A DNA stretch of 64,000 nt from Convolutriloba macropyga (Eukaryota), in contig NC_134473.1 in the NCBI RefSeq assembly GCF_964194025.1, positions 1,984,001-2,048,000 on the forward strand, written 5' to 3'. The first letter of the stretch is position 1, and every line of letters begins with the position of its first letter. This document shows positions 1 through 15,000 of the stretch, piece by piece. The position numbers were made by a program, and so were the translations under genes. The notes below the pieces were generated by a model that had not been told where the DNA came from, did not search any database, and saw only the letters and a program-made list of their open reading frames with translations.

Positions 1-3000
1 TTAAAAACACCGAAAACCGAAGCTCCTTACGTTTTAAAACCGACTAAAATAAACGTTTTAAAACTGACGAAAACAGACGTTTGTCACGTTTTAAAACCGA
101 CGAAAATCAACGCTTCTTACGTTTTAAAACCGACGAGAACCGACGCTTCTTACGTTCTAAAACCGACTAAAATCAACGCTTCTTACGTTAAAAAACCCAC
201 AAAAAATGGAAACTCCTTACGTCTTAAAACCGACGAAAACCAACGCTTCTCAGATTTGAAAACTGACGAAAACCGACCCTTCTTACGTTTTGAAACCCAC
301 GAAAACCGACGCTTTTTACGTTTTCAAAGCGACGAAAACCGACAAAAGGCGATGCTTCTTATGTTTCAAAACCGACAAAAACCGACGCTCCTTACGTTTT
401 AAAACCGACGAAAACCAATTCGTCTTACGTTTTAAAGCGACGGAAGCCGATGTTTCTTACTTTTTAAAACCAACGAAAACCGATGCTCCTTAAGTTTTAA
501 AACCGACTAAAATAAACGCTTCTTACGTTTCAAAACCAACGAAAAACCGACGCTCATTACGTTTTAAAACCGACGAAAACCAACGCTTCTTACGATTTAA
601 AAACGACAAAATCCGACGCTCTTTACGTTTTAAAACTGACGAAAACCTACGTTCGTCACGTTTCAAAACCGACGAAAATCGACGTTCGTAACGTTTTAAA
701 ACCGACAAAAACCGACGCTTCTTACGTTTTAAAACCGACTTAAATAAACGCTTCTTAAGTTTTGAAACCGACGAAAAACCGACGCTCCTTACGTTTTAAA
801 ACCGACGAAAACCAACGCTTCTTACGATTTAAAAACGACAAAAACCGACGCTCCTTACGTTTTAAAACTGACGAAAACCGATGTTTGTCACGTTTTAAAA
901 CCGACGAAAATCAACGCTTCTAACGTTTTAAAACCGACGAGAACCGACGCTTCTTACGTTTTAAAACCGACTAAAATCAACGCTTCTTACGTTGAAAAAC
1001 CCACAACAAATGGAAACTCCTTACGTCTTAAAACCGACGAAAACCAACGCTTCTCAGATTTGAAAACTGACGAAAACCGACCCTTCTTACGTTTTGAAAC
1101 CCACGAAAACCGACGTTTTTTACGTTTTCAAAGCGACGAAAACCGACAAAAGGCGATGCTTCTTATGTTTCAAAACCGACAAAAACCGACGCTCCTTACG
1201 TTTTAAAACCGACGAAAACCAATTCGTCTTACGTTTTAAAGCGACGGAAGCCGATGTTTCTTACGTTTTAAAACCAACGAAAACCGATGCTCCTTAAGTT
1301 TTAAAACCGACTAAAATAAACGCTTCTTACGTTTCAAAACCAACGAAAAACCGACGCTCCTTACGTTTTAAAACCGACGAAAACCAACGCTTCTTACGAT
1401 TTAAAAACGACAAAATCCGACGCTCTTTACGTTTTAAAACTGACGAAAACCTACGTTCGTCACGTTTCAAAACCGACGAAAATCGACGTTCGTAACGTTT
1501 TAAAACCGACAAAAACCGACGCTTCTTACGTTTTAAAACCGACGAAAACCAACGCTTCTTACGATTTAAAAACGACAAAAACCGACGCTCCTTACGTTTT
1601 AAAACTGACGAAAACCGATGTTTGTCACGTTTTAAAACCGACGAAAATCAACGCTTCTTACGTTTTAAAACCGACGAGAACCCACGCTTCTTACGTTTTA
1701 AAACCGACTAAAATCAACGCTTCTTACGTTAAAAAACCCACAAAAAATGGAAACTCCTTACGTCTTAAAACCGACGAAAACCAACGCTTCTCAGATTTGA
1801 AAACTGACGAAAACCAACCCTTCTTACGTTTTGAAACCCACGTAAACCGACGCTTTTTACGTTTTCAAAGCGACGAAAACCGACAAAAGGCAATGCTTCT
1901 TATGTTTCAAAACCGACAAAAACCGACGCTCCTTACGTTTTAAAACCGACGAAAACCAATTCGTCTTACGTTTTAAAGCGACGGAAGCCGATGTTTCTTA
2001 CGTTTTAAAACCAACGAAAACCGATACTCCTTAAGTTTTAAAACCGACTAAAATAAACGCTTCTTACGTTTCAAAACCAACGAAAAACCGACGCTCCTTA
2101 CGTTTTAAAACCGACGAAAACCAACGCTTCTTACGATTTAAAAACGACAAAATCCGACGCTCTTTACGTTTTAAAACTGACGAAAACCTACGTTCGTCAC
2201 GTTTCAAAACCGACGAAAATCGACGTTCGTAACGTTTTAAAACCGACAAAAACCGCCGCTTCTTACGTTTTAAATCCGACTTAAATAAACGCTTCTTAAG
2301 TTTTGAAACCGACGAAAAACCGACGCTCCTTACGTTTTAAAACCGACGAAAACCAACGCTTCTTACGATTTAAAAACGACAAAAACCGACGCTCCTTACG
2401 TTTTAAAACTGAAGAAAACCGACGTTTGTCACGTTTTAAAACCGACGAAAATCAACGCTTCTTACGTTTTAAAACCAAAGAGAAACGACGCTTCTTACGT
2501 TTTAAAACCGACTAAATTCAACACTCCTTACGTTTTAAAACCGACGAAAACCAACGCTTCTCAGATTTGATAACTGACGAAAACCGAGCCTTCTTACGTT
2601 TTGAAACCCACGAAAACCGACGCTTTTAACGTTTTCAAAGCGACGAAAGCCGACAAAAGGCGATGCTTCTTATGTTTTAAAACGGAAAAAAAACCGACGT
2701 TTCTTACAATTTAAAAACGACAAAAACCGACGCTCCTTACGTTTTAAAACTGACGAAAACCTACGTACGTCACGTTTCAAAACCGACGAAAACCGACGTT
2801 CGTAACGTTTTAAAACCGACAAAAACCGACGCTTCTTACGTTTTAAAACCGACTAAAATAAACGCTTCTTAAGTTTGAAAACCGACGAAAAACCGACGCT
2901 CCTTATGTTTTAAACCGACAAAAATCAACGCTTCTTACGATTTAAAAACGACAAAAACCGATGCTCCTTACGTTTTAAAACTGACGAAAACCGATGTTTG

Positions 3001-6000
3001 TCACGTTTTAAAACCGACGAAAATCAACGCTTCTTACGTTTTAAAACCGAAGAGAACCGACGCTTCTTAAGTTTCAAAACCGACTAAAATCAACGCTTCA
3101 TACTTTTAAAAACCGACGAAAAATGGACACTCCTTACGTTTTAAAACCGACGAAAACCAACGCTTCTCAGATTTGATAACTGACGAAAACCGACCCTTCT
3201 CACGTTTTAAAACCCACTAAAACCGACGCTTTTTACGTTTTCAAAGCGACGAAAGCCGACAGAAGGCGATGCTTCTTATGTTTTTAAACCGACAAAAACC
3301 GACGCTTATTACGAATTAAAAACAACGAAAACCGACGGTCCTTACGTTTTAAAACAGACGAAAACCAACCCTTCTTACGTTTTGAAACCCACGAAAACCG
3401 ACGCTTTTTACGTTTTCAAAGCGACGAAAACCGACAGAAGGCGATGCTTCTTATGTTTCAAAACCGACAAAAACCGACGCTCCTTACGTTTTAAAACCGA
3501 CGAAAACCAATTCGTCTTACGTTTTAAAGCGACGGAAGCCGATGTTTCTTACGTTTTAAAACCAACGAAAACCGATTCTCCTTACGTTTTAAAACCGACT
3601 AAAATAAACGCTTCTTACGTTTCAAAACCGACGAAAAACCGACGCTCCTTACGTTTTAAAACCGACGAAAACCAACGCTTCTTACGATTTAAAAACGACA
3701 AAAACCGACGCTCCTTACGTTTTAAAACCGACTTAAATAAACGCTTCTTAAGTTTTGAAACCGACGAAAAACCGACGCTCCTTACGTTTTAAAACCGACG
3801 AAAACCAACGCTTCTTACGATTTAAAAACGACAAAAACCGACGCTCCTTTCGTTTTAAAACTGCGAAAACCGACGTTTGTCACGTTTTAAAACCGACGAA
3901 AATCAACGCTTCATACGTTTTAAAACCGAAGAGAACCGACGCTTCTTACGTTTCAAAACCGACTATAATCAACGCTTCTTACTTTTAAAAACCCACGAAA
4001 AATGGACACTCCTTACTTTTTAAAACCGACGAAAACCAACGCTTCTCAGATTTGATAACTGACGAAAACCGACCCTTCTTACGTTTTAAAACCCACGAAA
4101 ACCGACGCTTTTTACGTTTTCAAAGCGACAAAAGCCGACAAAAGGCAACGCTTCTTATGTTTTTACACCGACAAAAACCGACGCTTATTACGATTTAAAA
4201 ACAACAAAAACCGACGCTCCTTACGTTTTAAAACAGACAAAAACCAACGCTTCTTACGATTTAAAAACGAAAAAAACCGACGCTCCTTACGTTTTAAAAC
4301 TGAAGAAAACCGACGTTTGTCACGTTTTAAAACCGACGAAAATCAACGCTTCTTACGTTTTAAAACCGAAGAGAACCGACGCTTCTTACGTTTTAAAACC
4401 GACGAAAATCAACGCTTCTTAAGTTTAAAAACCCACGAAAAATGGACTTTCCTTACGTTCTAAAACAGGCGAAAACCAACGCTTCTCAGATTTGATAACT
4501 GACAAAAACCGACCCTTCTACGTTTTGAAACCCACGAAAACCGACGCTTTTTACGTTTTCAAAGCGACGAAAGCCGACAAAAGGCGATGCTTCTTATGTT
4601 TTAAAACCGACAAAAACCGACGCTTCTTACGATTTAAAAACAACGAAAACCGATGCCCCTTACGTTTTAAAACCGACGAAAGCCAACGCTTCTTACGTTT
4701 TGAAACCGAAGAGAACCGACGTTTCTTACGTTTTAAAACCGACTAAAATCAACGCTTCTTACGTTTAAAAACCCACGAAAAATGGACACTCCTTATGTTA
4801 TAAAACCGACGAAAACCAACGCCTCTCAGATTTGATAACTGACGAAAAGCGACCCTTGTTACGTTTTGAAACCCACGAAAACCGACGCTTTTTACGTTTT
4901 CAAAGCGACGAAAGGCGACAAAAGGCGATGCTTTTTATGTTTTAAAACCGGCAAAAACTGACGCTTATTACAATTTAAAAACAACGAAAACCGACGCTGC
5001 TTACGTGTTTCAAACCGACGAAAACCAACGCTTCTTACGATTTAAAAACGACAAAAACCGACGCTCCTTAAGTTTTAAAAGTGGCGATAACCGACGTTTG
5101 TCACGTTTTAAAACCGACGAAAATCAACGCTTCTTACGTTTGAAAACCGAAGAAAACCGACGCTTCTTACGTTTTAAAAAAGACTAAAATCAACGCTTCT
5201 TACGTTTAAAAACCCACGAAAAATGGACACTCCTTACGTCTTAAAACCGACGGAAACCAACGCTTCTCACTTTTGAGAACTGTCGAAAACCGACCCTTCT
5301 TACGTTTTGAAACCCACGAAACCCGACGGTTTTTACGTTTTCAAAGCCAAGAAAACCAACAAAAGGCAATGCTTCTTATGTTTTAAAACTGACAAAAACC
5401 GACGCTCTTTAGGTTTTAAAACCAACGAAAAGCCGACGTTCCTCGCGTTTCAAAACCGACGAAAACCAACTCTTCTTACGTTTTAAAGCGACGGAAACCG
5501 ATGCTTCTTACGATTTAAAAACAACGAAGACCGTCGCCCTTACGTTTTAAAACCAACGAAAACCGATGCTCCCTACGTTTTAAAACCGACCAAAACCGAC
5601 GTTCGTCACGTTTCAAAACCGACGAAAACCGACGTTCGTAACGTTTTAAAACAGACAAAAACCGACGCTTCTTACTTTTTAAAACCGACTAAAATAAACG
5701 CTTCTTACGTTTTAAAACCGACGAAAACCAACTCTTCTTACGTTTTAAAGCGACGGAAACCGATGCTTCTTACGATTTAAAAACAACGAAAACCGTCGCT
5801 CCTTACGTTTCAAAACCGACGAAAACCGACGTTCGTAACGTTTTAAAACCGACGAATACCAACGCTTCTTACGATTTAAAACCGACGGAAACCGACGCTT
5901 CGTACGTTTTAAAACCGAAGAGAACCGACGCTTCTTACGTTTTAAAACCGACGAAAATCAACGCTTCTTAAGTTTAAAAACCCACGAAAAATGGACTTTC

Positions 6001-9000
6001 CTTACGTTTTAAAACAGGCGAAAACCAACGCTTCTCAGATTTGATAACTGACAAAAACCGACCCTTCTACGTTTTGAAACCCACGAAAACCGACGCTTTT
6101 TACGTTTTCAAAGCGACGAAAGCCGACAAAAGGCGATGCTTCTTATGTTTTAAAACCGACAAAAACCGACGCTTCTTACGATTTAAAAACAACGAAAACC
6201 GATGCCCCTTACGTTTTAAAACCGACGAAAGCCAACGCTTCTTACGTTTTGAAACCGAAGAGAACCGACGTTTCTTACGTTTTAAAACCGACTAAAATCA
6301 ACGCTTCTTACGTTTAAAAACCCACGAAAAATGGACACTCCTTATGTTATAAAACCGACGAAAACCAACGCCTCTCAGATTTGATAACTGACGAAAAGCG
6401 ACCCTTGTTACGTTTTGAAACCCACGAAAACCGACGCTTTTTACGTTTTCAAAGCGACGAAAGGCGACAAAAGGCGATGCTTTTTATGTTTTAAAACCGG
6501 CAAAAACTGACGCTTATTACAATTTAAAAACAACGAAAACCGACGCTGCTTACGTGTTTCAAACCGACGAAAACCAACGCTTCTTACGATTTAAAAACGA
6601 CAAAAACCGACGCTCCTTAAGTTTTAAAAGTGGCGATAACCGACGTTTGTCACGTTTTAAAACCGACGAAATTCAACGCTGCTTACGTTTGAAAACCGAA
6701 GAAAACCGACGCTTCTTACGTTTTAAAAAAGACTAAAATCAACGCTTCTTACGTTTAAAAACCCACGAAAAATGGACACTCCTTACGTTTTAAAACCGAC
6801 GGAAACCAACGCTTCTCACTTTTGAGAACTGTCGAAAACCGACCCTTCTTACGTTTTGAAACCCACGAAACCCGACGGTTTTTACGTTTTCAAAGCCAAG
6901 AAAACCAACAAAAGGCAATGCTTCTTATGTTTTAAAACTGACAAAAACCGACGCTCTTTAGGTTTTAAAACCAACGAAAAGCCGACGTTCCTCGCGTTTC
7001 AAAACCGACGAAAACCAACTCTTCTTACGTTTTAAAGCGACGGAAACCGATGCTTCTTACGATTTAAAAACAACGAAGACCGTCGCCCTTACGTTTTAAA
7101 ACCAACGAAAACCGATGCTCCCTACGTTTTAAAACCGACCAAAACCGACGTTCGTCACGTTTCAAAACCGACGAAAACCGACGTTCGTAACGTTTTAAAA
7201 CAGACAAGAACCGACGCTTCTTACGTTTTAAAACCGACTAAAATAAACGCTTCTTACGTTTTAAAACCGACGAAAAACCGACGTTCCTCGCGTTTCAAAA
7301 CCGACGAAAACCAACTCTTCTTACGTTTTAAAGCGACGGAAACCGATGCTTCTTACGATTTAAAAACAACGAAAACCGTCGCTCCTTACGTTCCAAAACC
7401 GACGAAAACCGACGTTCGTAACGTTTTAAAACCGACGAATACCAACGCTTCTTACGATTTAAAACCGACGGAAACCGACGCTTCGTACGTTTTGAGACCC
7501 ACGAACACCGACGCTTTTTACGTTTTCAAAGCGACAAACCCGACGAAAGGCGATGCTTCTCATGTTTTAAAACCGACAAAAACCGACGCTCCTTACATCT
7601 TAAAACCGACGAAAACCGACGTTCCTCACGTTTTAAAACCGACGAAAACCAACTCTTCTTACGTTTTAAAGCGAGGAAAACCGACGCTTCTCACGATTGA
7701 AAACTGTCGAAAACCGACCCTTCTTACGTTATGAAACCCACGAAAACCGACGCTTTTTACGTTTTCAAAGCGAAGAAAACCAACAAAAGGCGATGCTTCG
7801 TATGTTTTAAAACTGACAAAAACCGACGTTCCTCACGTTTTAAAACCGACGAAAACCAACTCTTCTTACGTTTTCAAGCGACGGAAACCGATGCTTCTTA
7901 CGATTTAAATACAACGAAAACCGTCGCACCTTGCGTTTTAAAACCAACGAAAACCGATGCTCCTTACGTTTTAAAACCGACCAAAACCGACGTTCGTCAC
8001 GTTTCAAAACGGACTAAAACCGATGTTCGTAACGTTTTAAAACCGAAAAAAACCGACGCTTCTCGCGTTTTAAAACCGACTAAAATAAACGCTTCTTACG
8101 TTTTAAAACCGACGAAAAACCGGCGCTCCTTACGTTTTAAAACCGACGAAAACCAACGCTTCTTACGATTTAAAAACGACAAAAACCGACGTTCCTTACG
8201 TTTTAAAACCGACGAAAACCGACGTTTGTCACGTTTTAAAACCGACGAAAATCAACGCTTCTTACGTTTTAAAACCGACGAAAACCGACGCTTCTTACGT
8301 TTTAAAGCCGACTAAAATCAAAGCTTCTTACGTTTAAAAACCCACGAAAAACCGATACTCCTTACGTCTTAAAACCGAAGAAAACCAACGCTTCTCAAAT
8401 TTGAAAACTAACGCAAACCGACCCTTCTTACGTTTTGAAACCCACGAAAACCGACGCTTTTTACGTTTTCAAAGCGACGAAAACCGACAAAAGGCGATGC
8501 TTCATATGTTTTAGAAACGACAAAAACCGACGCTCCTTACGTTTTAAAACTGACAAAAACCAACTCTTCTTACGTTTTAAAGCAACGGAAACCGACGCTT
8601 CTTACGATTTAAAAACAACGAAAACCCTCGCTCCTTACGTTTTAAAACCAACGAAAACCGATGCTCCTTAAGTTTTAAAACGGACGAAAACCGACGTTTG
8701 TAACGTTTTAAAACCGACGAAAACCGACGTTCGTCAGATTTTAAAAACCGACGAAAATCAACGCTTTCAGCGTTTTAAAACCGACAAAAACCGACGCTTC
8801 TTACTATGTAAAACCGACTAAAATCAAAGTTTCTTACGTTTTAAAACCGACGAAAAACATACACTCCTTACGTTTAAAAACCGACAAAAACCAACGCTTC
8901 TTAGGATTTAAAAACGACAAAAACCGACGCTCCTTTCGTTTTAAAACTGCGAAAACCGACGTTTGTCACGTTTTAAAACCGACGAAAATCAACGCTTCAT

Positions 9001-12000
9001 GCGTTTTAAAACCGAAGAGAACCGACGCTTCTTACGTTTCAAAACCGACTATAATCAACGCTTCTTACTTTTAAAAACCCACGAAAAATGGACACTCCTT
9101 ACTTTTTAAAACCGACGAAAACCAACGCTTCTCAGATTTGATAACTGACGAAAACCGACCCTTCTTACGTTTTAAAGCGACGGAAACCGATGCTTCTTAC
9201 GATTTAAAAACAACGAAAACCGTCGCTCCTTACGTTTCAAAACCGACGAAAACCGACGTTCGTAACGTTTTAAAACCGACGAATACCGACGCTTCTTACG
9301 ATTTAAAACCGACGGAAACCGACGCTTCGTACGTTTTGAGACCCACGAACACCGACGCTTTTTACGTTTTCAAAGCGACAAACCCGACGAAAGGCGATGC
9401 TTCTCATGTTTTAAAACCGACAAAAACCGACGCTCCTTACATCTTAAAACCGACGAAAACCGACGTTCCTCACGTTTTAAAACCGACGAAAACCAACTCT
9501 TCTTACGTTTTAAAGCGAGGAAAACCGACGCTTCTCACGATTGAAAACTGTCGAAAACCGACCCTTCTTACGTTATGAAACCCACGAAAACCGACGCTTT
9601 TTACGTTTTCAAAGCGAAGAAAACCAACAAAAGGCGATGCTTCGTATGTTTTAAAACTGACAAAAACCGACGTTCCTCACGTTTTAAAACCGACGAAAAC
9701 CAACTCTTCTTACGTTTTCAAGCGACGGAAACCGATGCTTCTTACGATTTAAATACAACGAAAACCGTCGCACCTTACGTTTTAAAACCAACGAAAACCG
9801 ATGCTCCTTACGTTTTAAAACCGACCAAAACCGACGTTCGTCACGTTTCAAAACGGACTAAAACCGATGTTCGTAACGTTTTAAAACCGAAAAAAACCGA
9901 CGTTTCTCGCGTTTTAAAACCGACTAAAATAAACGCTCCTTACGTTTTAAAACCGACGAAAACCAACGCTTCTTACGATTTAAAAACGACAAAAACCGAC
10001 GTTCCTTACGTTTTAAAACCGACGAAAACCGACGTTTGTCACGTTTTAAAACCGACGAAAATCAACGCTTCTTACGTTTTAAAACCGACGAAAACCGACG
10101 CTTCTTACGTTTTAAAGCCGACTAAAATCAAAGCTTCTTACGTTTAAAAACCCACGAAAAACCGATACTCCTTACGTCTTAAAACCGAAGAAAACCAACG
10201 CTTCTCAAATTTGAAAACTAACGCAAACCGACCCTTCTTACGTTTTGAAACCCACGAAAACCGACGCTTTTTACGTTTTCAAAGCGACGAAAACCGACAA
10301 AAGGCGATGCTTCATATGTTTTAGAAACGACAAAAACCGACGCTCCTTACGTTTTAAAACTGACAAAAACCAACTCTTCTTACGTTTTAAAGCAACGGAA
10401 ACCGACGCTTCTTACGATTTAAAAACAACGAAAACCCTCGCTCCTTACGTTTTAAAACCAACGAAAACCGATGCTCCTTAAGTTTTAAAACGGACGAAAA
10501 CCGACGTTTGTAACGTTTTAAAACCGACGAAAACCGACGTTCGTCAGATTTTAAAAACCGACGAAAATCAACGCTTTCAGCGTTTTAAAACCGACAAAAA
10601 CCGACGCTTCTTACTATGTAAAACCGACTAAAATCAACGTTTCTTACGTTTTAAAACCGACGAAAAACCGACGCTCCTTACGTTTTAAAACCGACAAAAA
10701 CCAACGCTTCTTACGATTTAAAAACGACGAAAACTACGCTCCTTACGTTTTCAAACCGACGAAAACCGACGTTTGTCACGTTTTAAAACCGACGAAAATC
10801 AACGCTTCTTACGTTTTAAAACCGACGAAAACCGAAGTTTCTAACGTTTTAAAACGGACTAAAAATGGCGCTTCTTACATTTTGAGACCCACGAAAAACC
10901 GACAATCCTTATGTTTTAAAACTGACGAAAGCCAATGCTTCTCACGTTTGAAAACTGACAAAACCGACCCTTATTACGTTTTGAAACCCACGCAAACCGA
11001 CGCTTTTTACGTTTTCAAAGCGACAAAAACCGACACAAGGCGATGCTTCTTATGTTTTAAAACCCACAAAAACCGACGCTCCTTACGATTTAAAACCGAC
11101 GAAAACCGACGTTCCTCACGTTTCAAAACCGACGAAAACCGACGTTCGTCACATTTTAAAACCGACGAAAATCAACGCTTTCTACGTTTTAAAACCGACA
11201 AAAACCGACGCTTCATACTATGTAAAACCGACTAAAATCAACGTTTCTTACGTTTTAAAACCGACGAAAAACCGACGCTCCTTACGTTTTAAAACCGACA
11301 AAAACCAACGCTTCTTACGATTTAAAAAAAATGAAAACTACGCTCCTTACGTTTTAAAACCGACGAAAACCGACGTTTGTCACGTTTTAAAACCGACGAA
11401 AATCAACGCTTCTTATGATTTGAAACCGACGAAAACCGAAGTTTCTAACGTTTTAAGACGGACTAAAATTGACGCTTCTTACATTTTAAGACCCACGAAA
11501 AACCGACAATCCTTATGTTTTAAAACTGACGAAAGCCAATGCTTCTCATGTTTGAAAACTGACAAAAACCGACCCTTATTACGTTTTGAAACCCACGAAA
11601 ACCGACGCTTTTTACGTTTTCAAAGCGACGAAAACCGACACAAGGCGATGCTTCTTATGTTTTAAAACCCACAAAAACTGACGCTCCTTACGATTTAAAA
11701 CCGACGAAAACCGACGTTCCTCACGTTTTAAAACCGACGAAAACCGACGTTCGTCACATTTTAAAACTGACGAAAATCAACGCTCTCTACGTTTTAAAAC
11801 CGACAAAAACCAACGATTCTTACTATGTAAAACCGACAAAAATCAACGTTTCTTACGTTTTAAAACCGACGAAAAACCGACGCTCCTTACGTTTTAAAAC
11901 CGACAAAAACCAACGCTTCTTACGATTTAAAAACGACGAAAACTACGCTCCTTACGTTTTAAAACCGACAAAAACCGACGTTTGTCACGTTTTAAAACCG

Positions 12001-15000
12001 ACGAAAATCAACGCTTCTTACGTTTTAAAACCGACGAAAAACGACGTTTCTAACGTTTTAAGACGGACTAAAATTGACGCTTCTTACATTTTAAGACCTT
12101 AGAAAAACCGACAATCCTTATGTTTTAAAACTTACGAAAGCCAATGCTTCTCACGTTTGAAAACTGACAAAAACCGACCCTTATTACGTTTTGAAACCCA
12201 CGGAAACCGACGCTTTTTACGTTTTCGAAGCGACGAAAACCGACACAAGGCGATGCTTCTTATGTTTTAAAACCCACAAAAACCGACGCTCCTTACGATT
12301 TAAAACCGACGAAAACCGACGTTCCTCACGTTCTAAATCCGACGAAAACCATTGCTTCTTACTTTTTAAAACGACGGAAACCGACGCTTCTCACGTTTGA
12401 AAACTGTCCAAAGCCAACGTTCCTTACGTTTTCAAACCGACGAAAACCAACGCTTCTTACATTTTAAAACTGACGGAAACCGACGCTTCGTACGTTTTGA
12501 AACCCTCGAAAACCGACGCTTTTTACGTTTTCAAGGCGACAAAAACCGACGAAAGGCGATGCTTCTCATGTTTTAAAACCGACAAAAACCGATGCTCCTG
12601 AGGATTTAGAACCGACAAAAACCGGCGTTCCTCACATTTTAAAACCGACGAAAACCAACACTTCTTACGTTTCAAAGCGACAGAAACCGACTCTTCTCAC
12701 GTTTGAAAACTGTCGAAAACCCACGTTCCTTGCGTTTTAAAACCGACGAAAATCAGCGCTTCTTAAATTTTAAAGCTGGTGGAAACCGACGCTTCTCACT
12801 GTTGAAAATCGAGATTTTTTACGCTTTAAAACCGACGAAAACCGAAGATTCTTCGATTTAAAAACGACGAAAAACGTCGCTCCTTACGTTTTAAAATCGA
12901 CGAAAACCGACGCTTTTGACGTTTTAAAACCGACGGAAACCGACGCTTCTCACGTTTTAAAACCGACGAAAACCGACGCTTTTTACTTTTCAAACCGACG
13001 AAAACTGACGAAAGGCGATGCTTCTTATGTTCTAAAGCCAGCAAAAACCGACGCTTCTCACGTTTTAAAACTGTCGAAAACCAACGTTCCTTACGTCTCA
13101 AAACAGATGAAAATCAACGCTTCTTACATTTTGAAGCCGACGGAACCCGACGCTTCTCACGTTTGCAAATTGACGAAAACCGAATCTTCTTACGATTTAA
13201 AAACGAAGAAAACCGTCACTCCTTACGTTTTAAAACCGACGATATCCGAAGCTCCTTACGTTTTAAAACCGATGAAAACCGACGTTCGTCACGTTTTAAA
13301 ACCGACGAAAACCAACGCTTTTTACGTTTTAAAACGACGAAAACCGACGCTTCTCACGTTTGAAAACTGTCCAAAGCCAACGCTCCTTACGTTTTCAAAA
13401 CGGACGAAAACCAACGCTTCCTACGTTTTAAAACCGACGGAAACCGACGCTTTTTACGTTTTCAAAGCGACAAAAACCGACGAAAAGCGATGCTTCTTAT
13501 GTTTTAAAAACGACGAAAACCGTCGCTCCTTACGTTTTAAAACCGACTATATCCGAAGCTCCTTACGTTTTAAAACCGATGAAAACCGACGTTCGTCACG
13601 TTTTAAAACCGACGAAAACCAACGCTTCTTACGTTTTAAAACGACGAAAACCGACGCTTCTCACGTTTGAAAACTGTCCAAAGCCAACGCTCCTTACGTT
13701 TTGAAACCGACGAAAACCAACGCTTCTTACGTTTTAAAACCGACGGAAACCGACGCTTTTTACGTTTTCAAAGCGACAAAAACCGACGAAAGGCGATGCT
13801 TCTTATGTTTTAAAATCGACAAAAACCGACGCTCCTCACGTTTTAAAACCGACGAAAACCAACTCTTCTACCGTTTTAAAACCAACGGAAACCAACGCTT
13901 CTCACGTTTGCAAATTGACGAAAACCGAGGTTTCTTACGTTTTAAAAGTGACGAAAACCGACTCTTCTTACGATTTAAAAACGACGAAAACCGTCGCTCC
14001 ATACGTTTTAAAACCGACGATATCCGAAGCTCCTTACGTTTTAAAACCGACGAAAACCAAAGCATCTTACGTTTTAAAACGACCAAAACGGACGCTTCTC
14101 ATGTTTGAAAACTGTCCAAAGCCAACGCTCCTTACGTTTTGAAACCGATGAAAAACAACGCTTCTTACATTTTAAAGCCGACGGAAACCGACGCGTCTCA
14201 CGTTTGCAAATTGACGAAAACCGAGGTTTCTTACGTTTTAAAACCGACGAAAACCAACTCTTCTTAAGTTTTAAAACCGACGGAAACCGACGCTTCTCAC
14301 GTTTGCAAATTGACAAAAACCGAGGTTTCTTACGTTTTAAAAACGGCGAAAACCGTCGCTCCATACGTTTTAAAACCGACGATATCCTAAGCTACTTACG
14401 TTTTAAAACCGACGAAAACCAAAGCTTCTTACGTTTTAAAACCGACGATATCCGAAGCTCCTTACGTTTTAAAAAAGATGAAAACCGACATTCGTCACGC
14501 TTTAAAACCGACGAAAACCAACGCTTCTTACGTTTTAAAACGGTGAAAACCGACGCTTCTCACGTTTGAAAACTGTCCAAAGCCACCGCTCCTTACGTTT
14601 TGAAACCGACGAAAACCAACGCTTCTTAAGTTTTAAAACCGACGGAACAGACACTACTCACGTTTTAAAACCGACGAAAACCAACTCTTCTTACGTTTTA
14701 AAACTTACGGAAACCGACGCTTCTCACGTTTGCAAACTGACGAAAGTGGAGGTTTCATACGTTTTAAAACCGACGAAAACCAACTCTTCTTACGTTTTAA
14801 AACCGACGGAAACCGACGCTTCTCACGTTTGCAATTTTACGAAAACCGAGGTTTCTTACATTTTAAAACCGACGATATCCGAAGCTCCTTACGCTTTAAA
14901 ACCGATGAAAACCGACGTTCGTCACGTTATAAAACCGACGAAAGCCAACGCTTCTTACGTTTTAAAACGACGAAAACCGACGCTTCTCACGTTTGAAAAC

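Noticed and set aside
255-330. Hammerhead-like CTGACGA-AAAC...GTTTT-GAAAC in some 33-bp variants
   Set aside because: Stem II has an extra T, stem III and the cleavage triplet do not form, and most monomers read CCGACGA. It is explained by the internal dyad symmetry.
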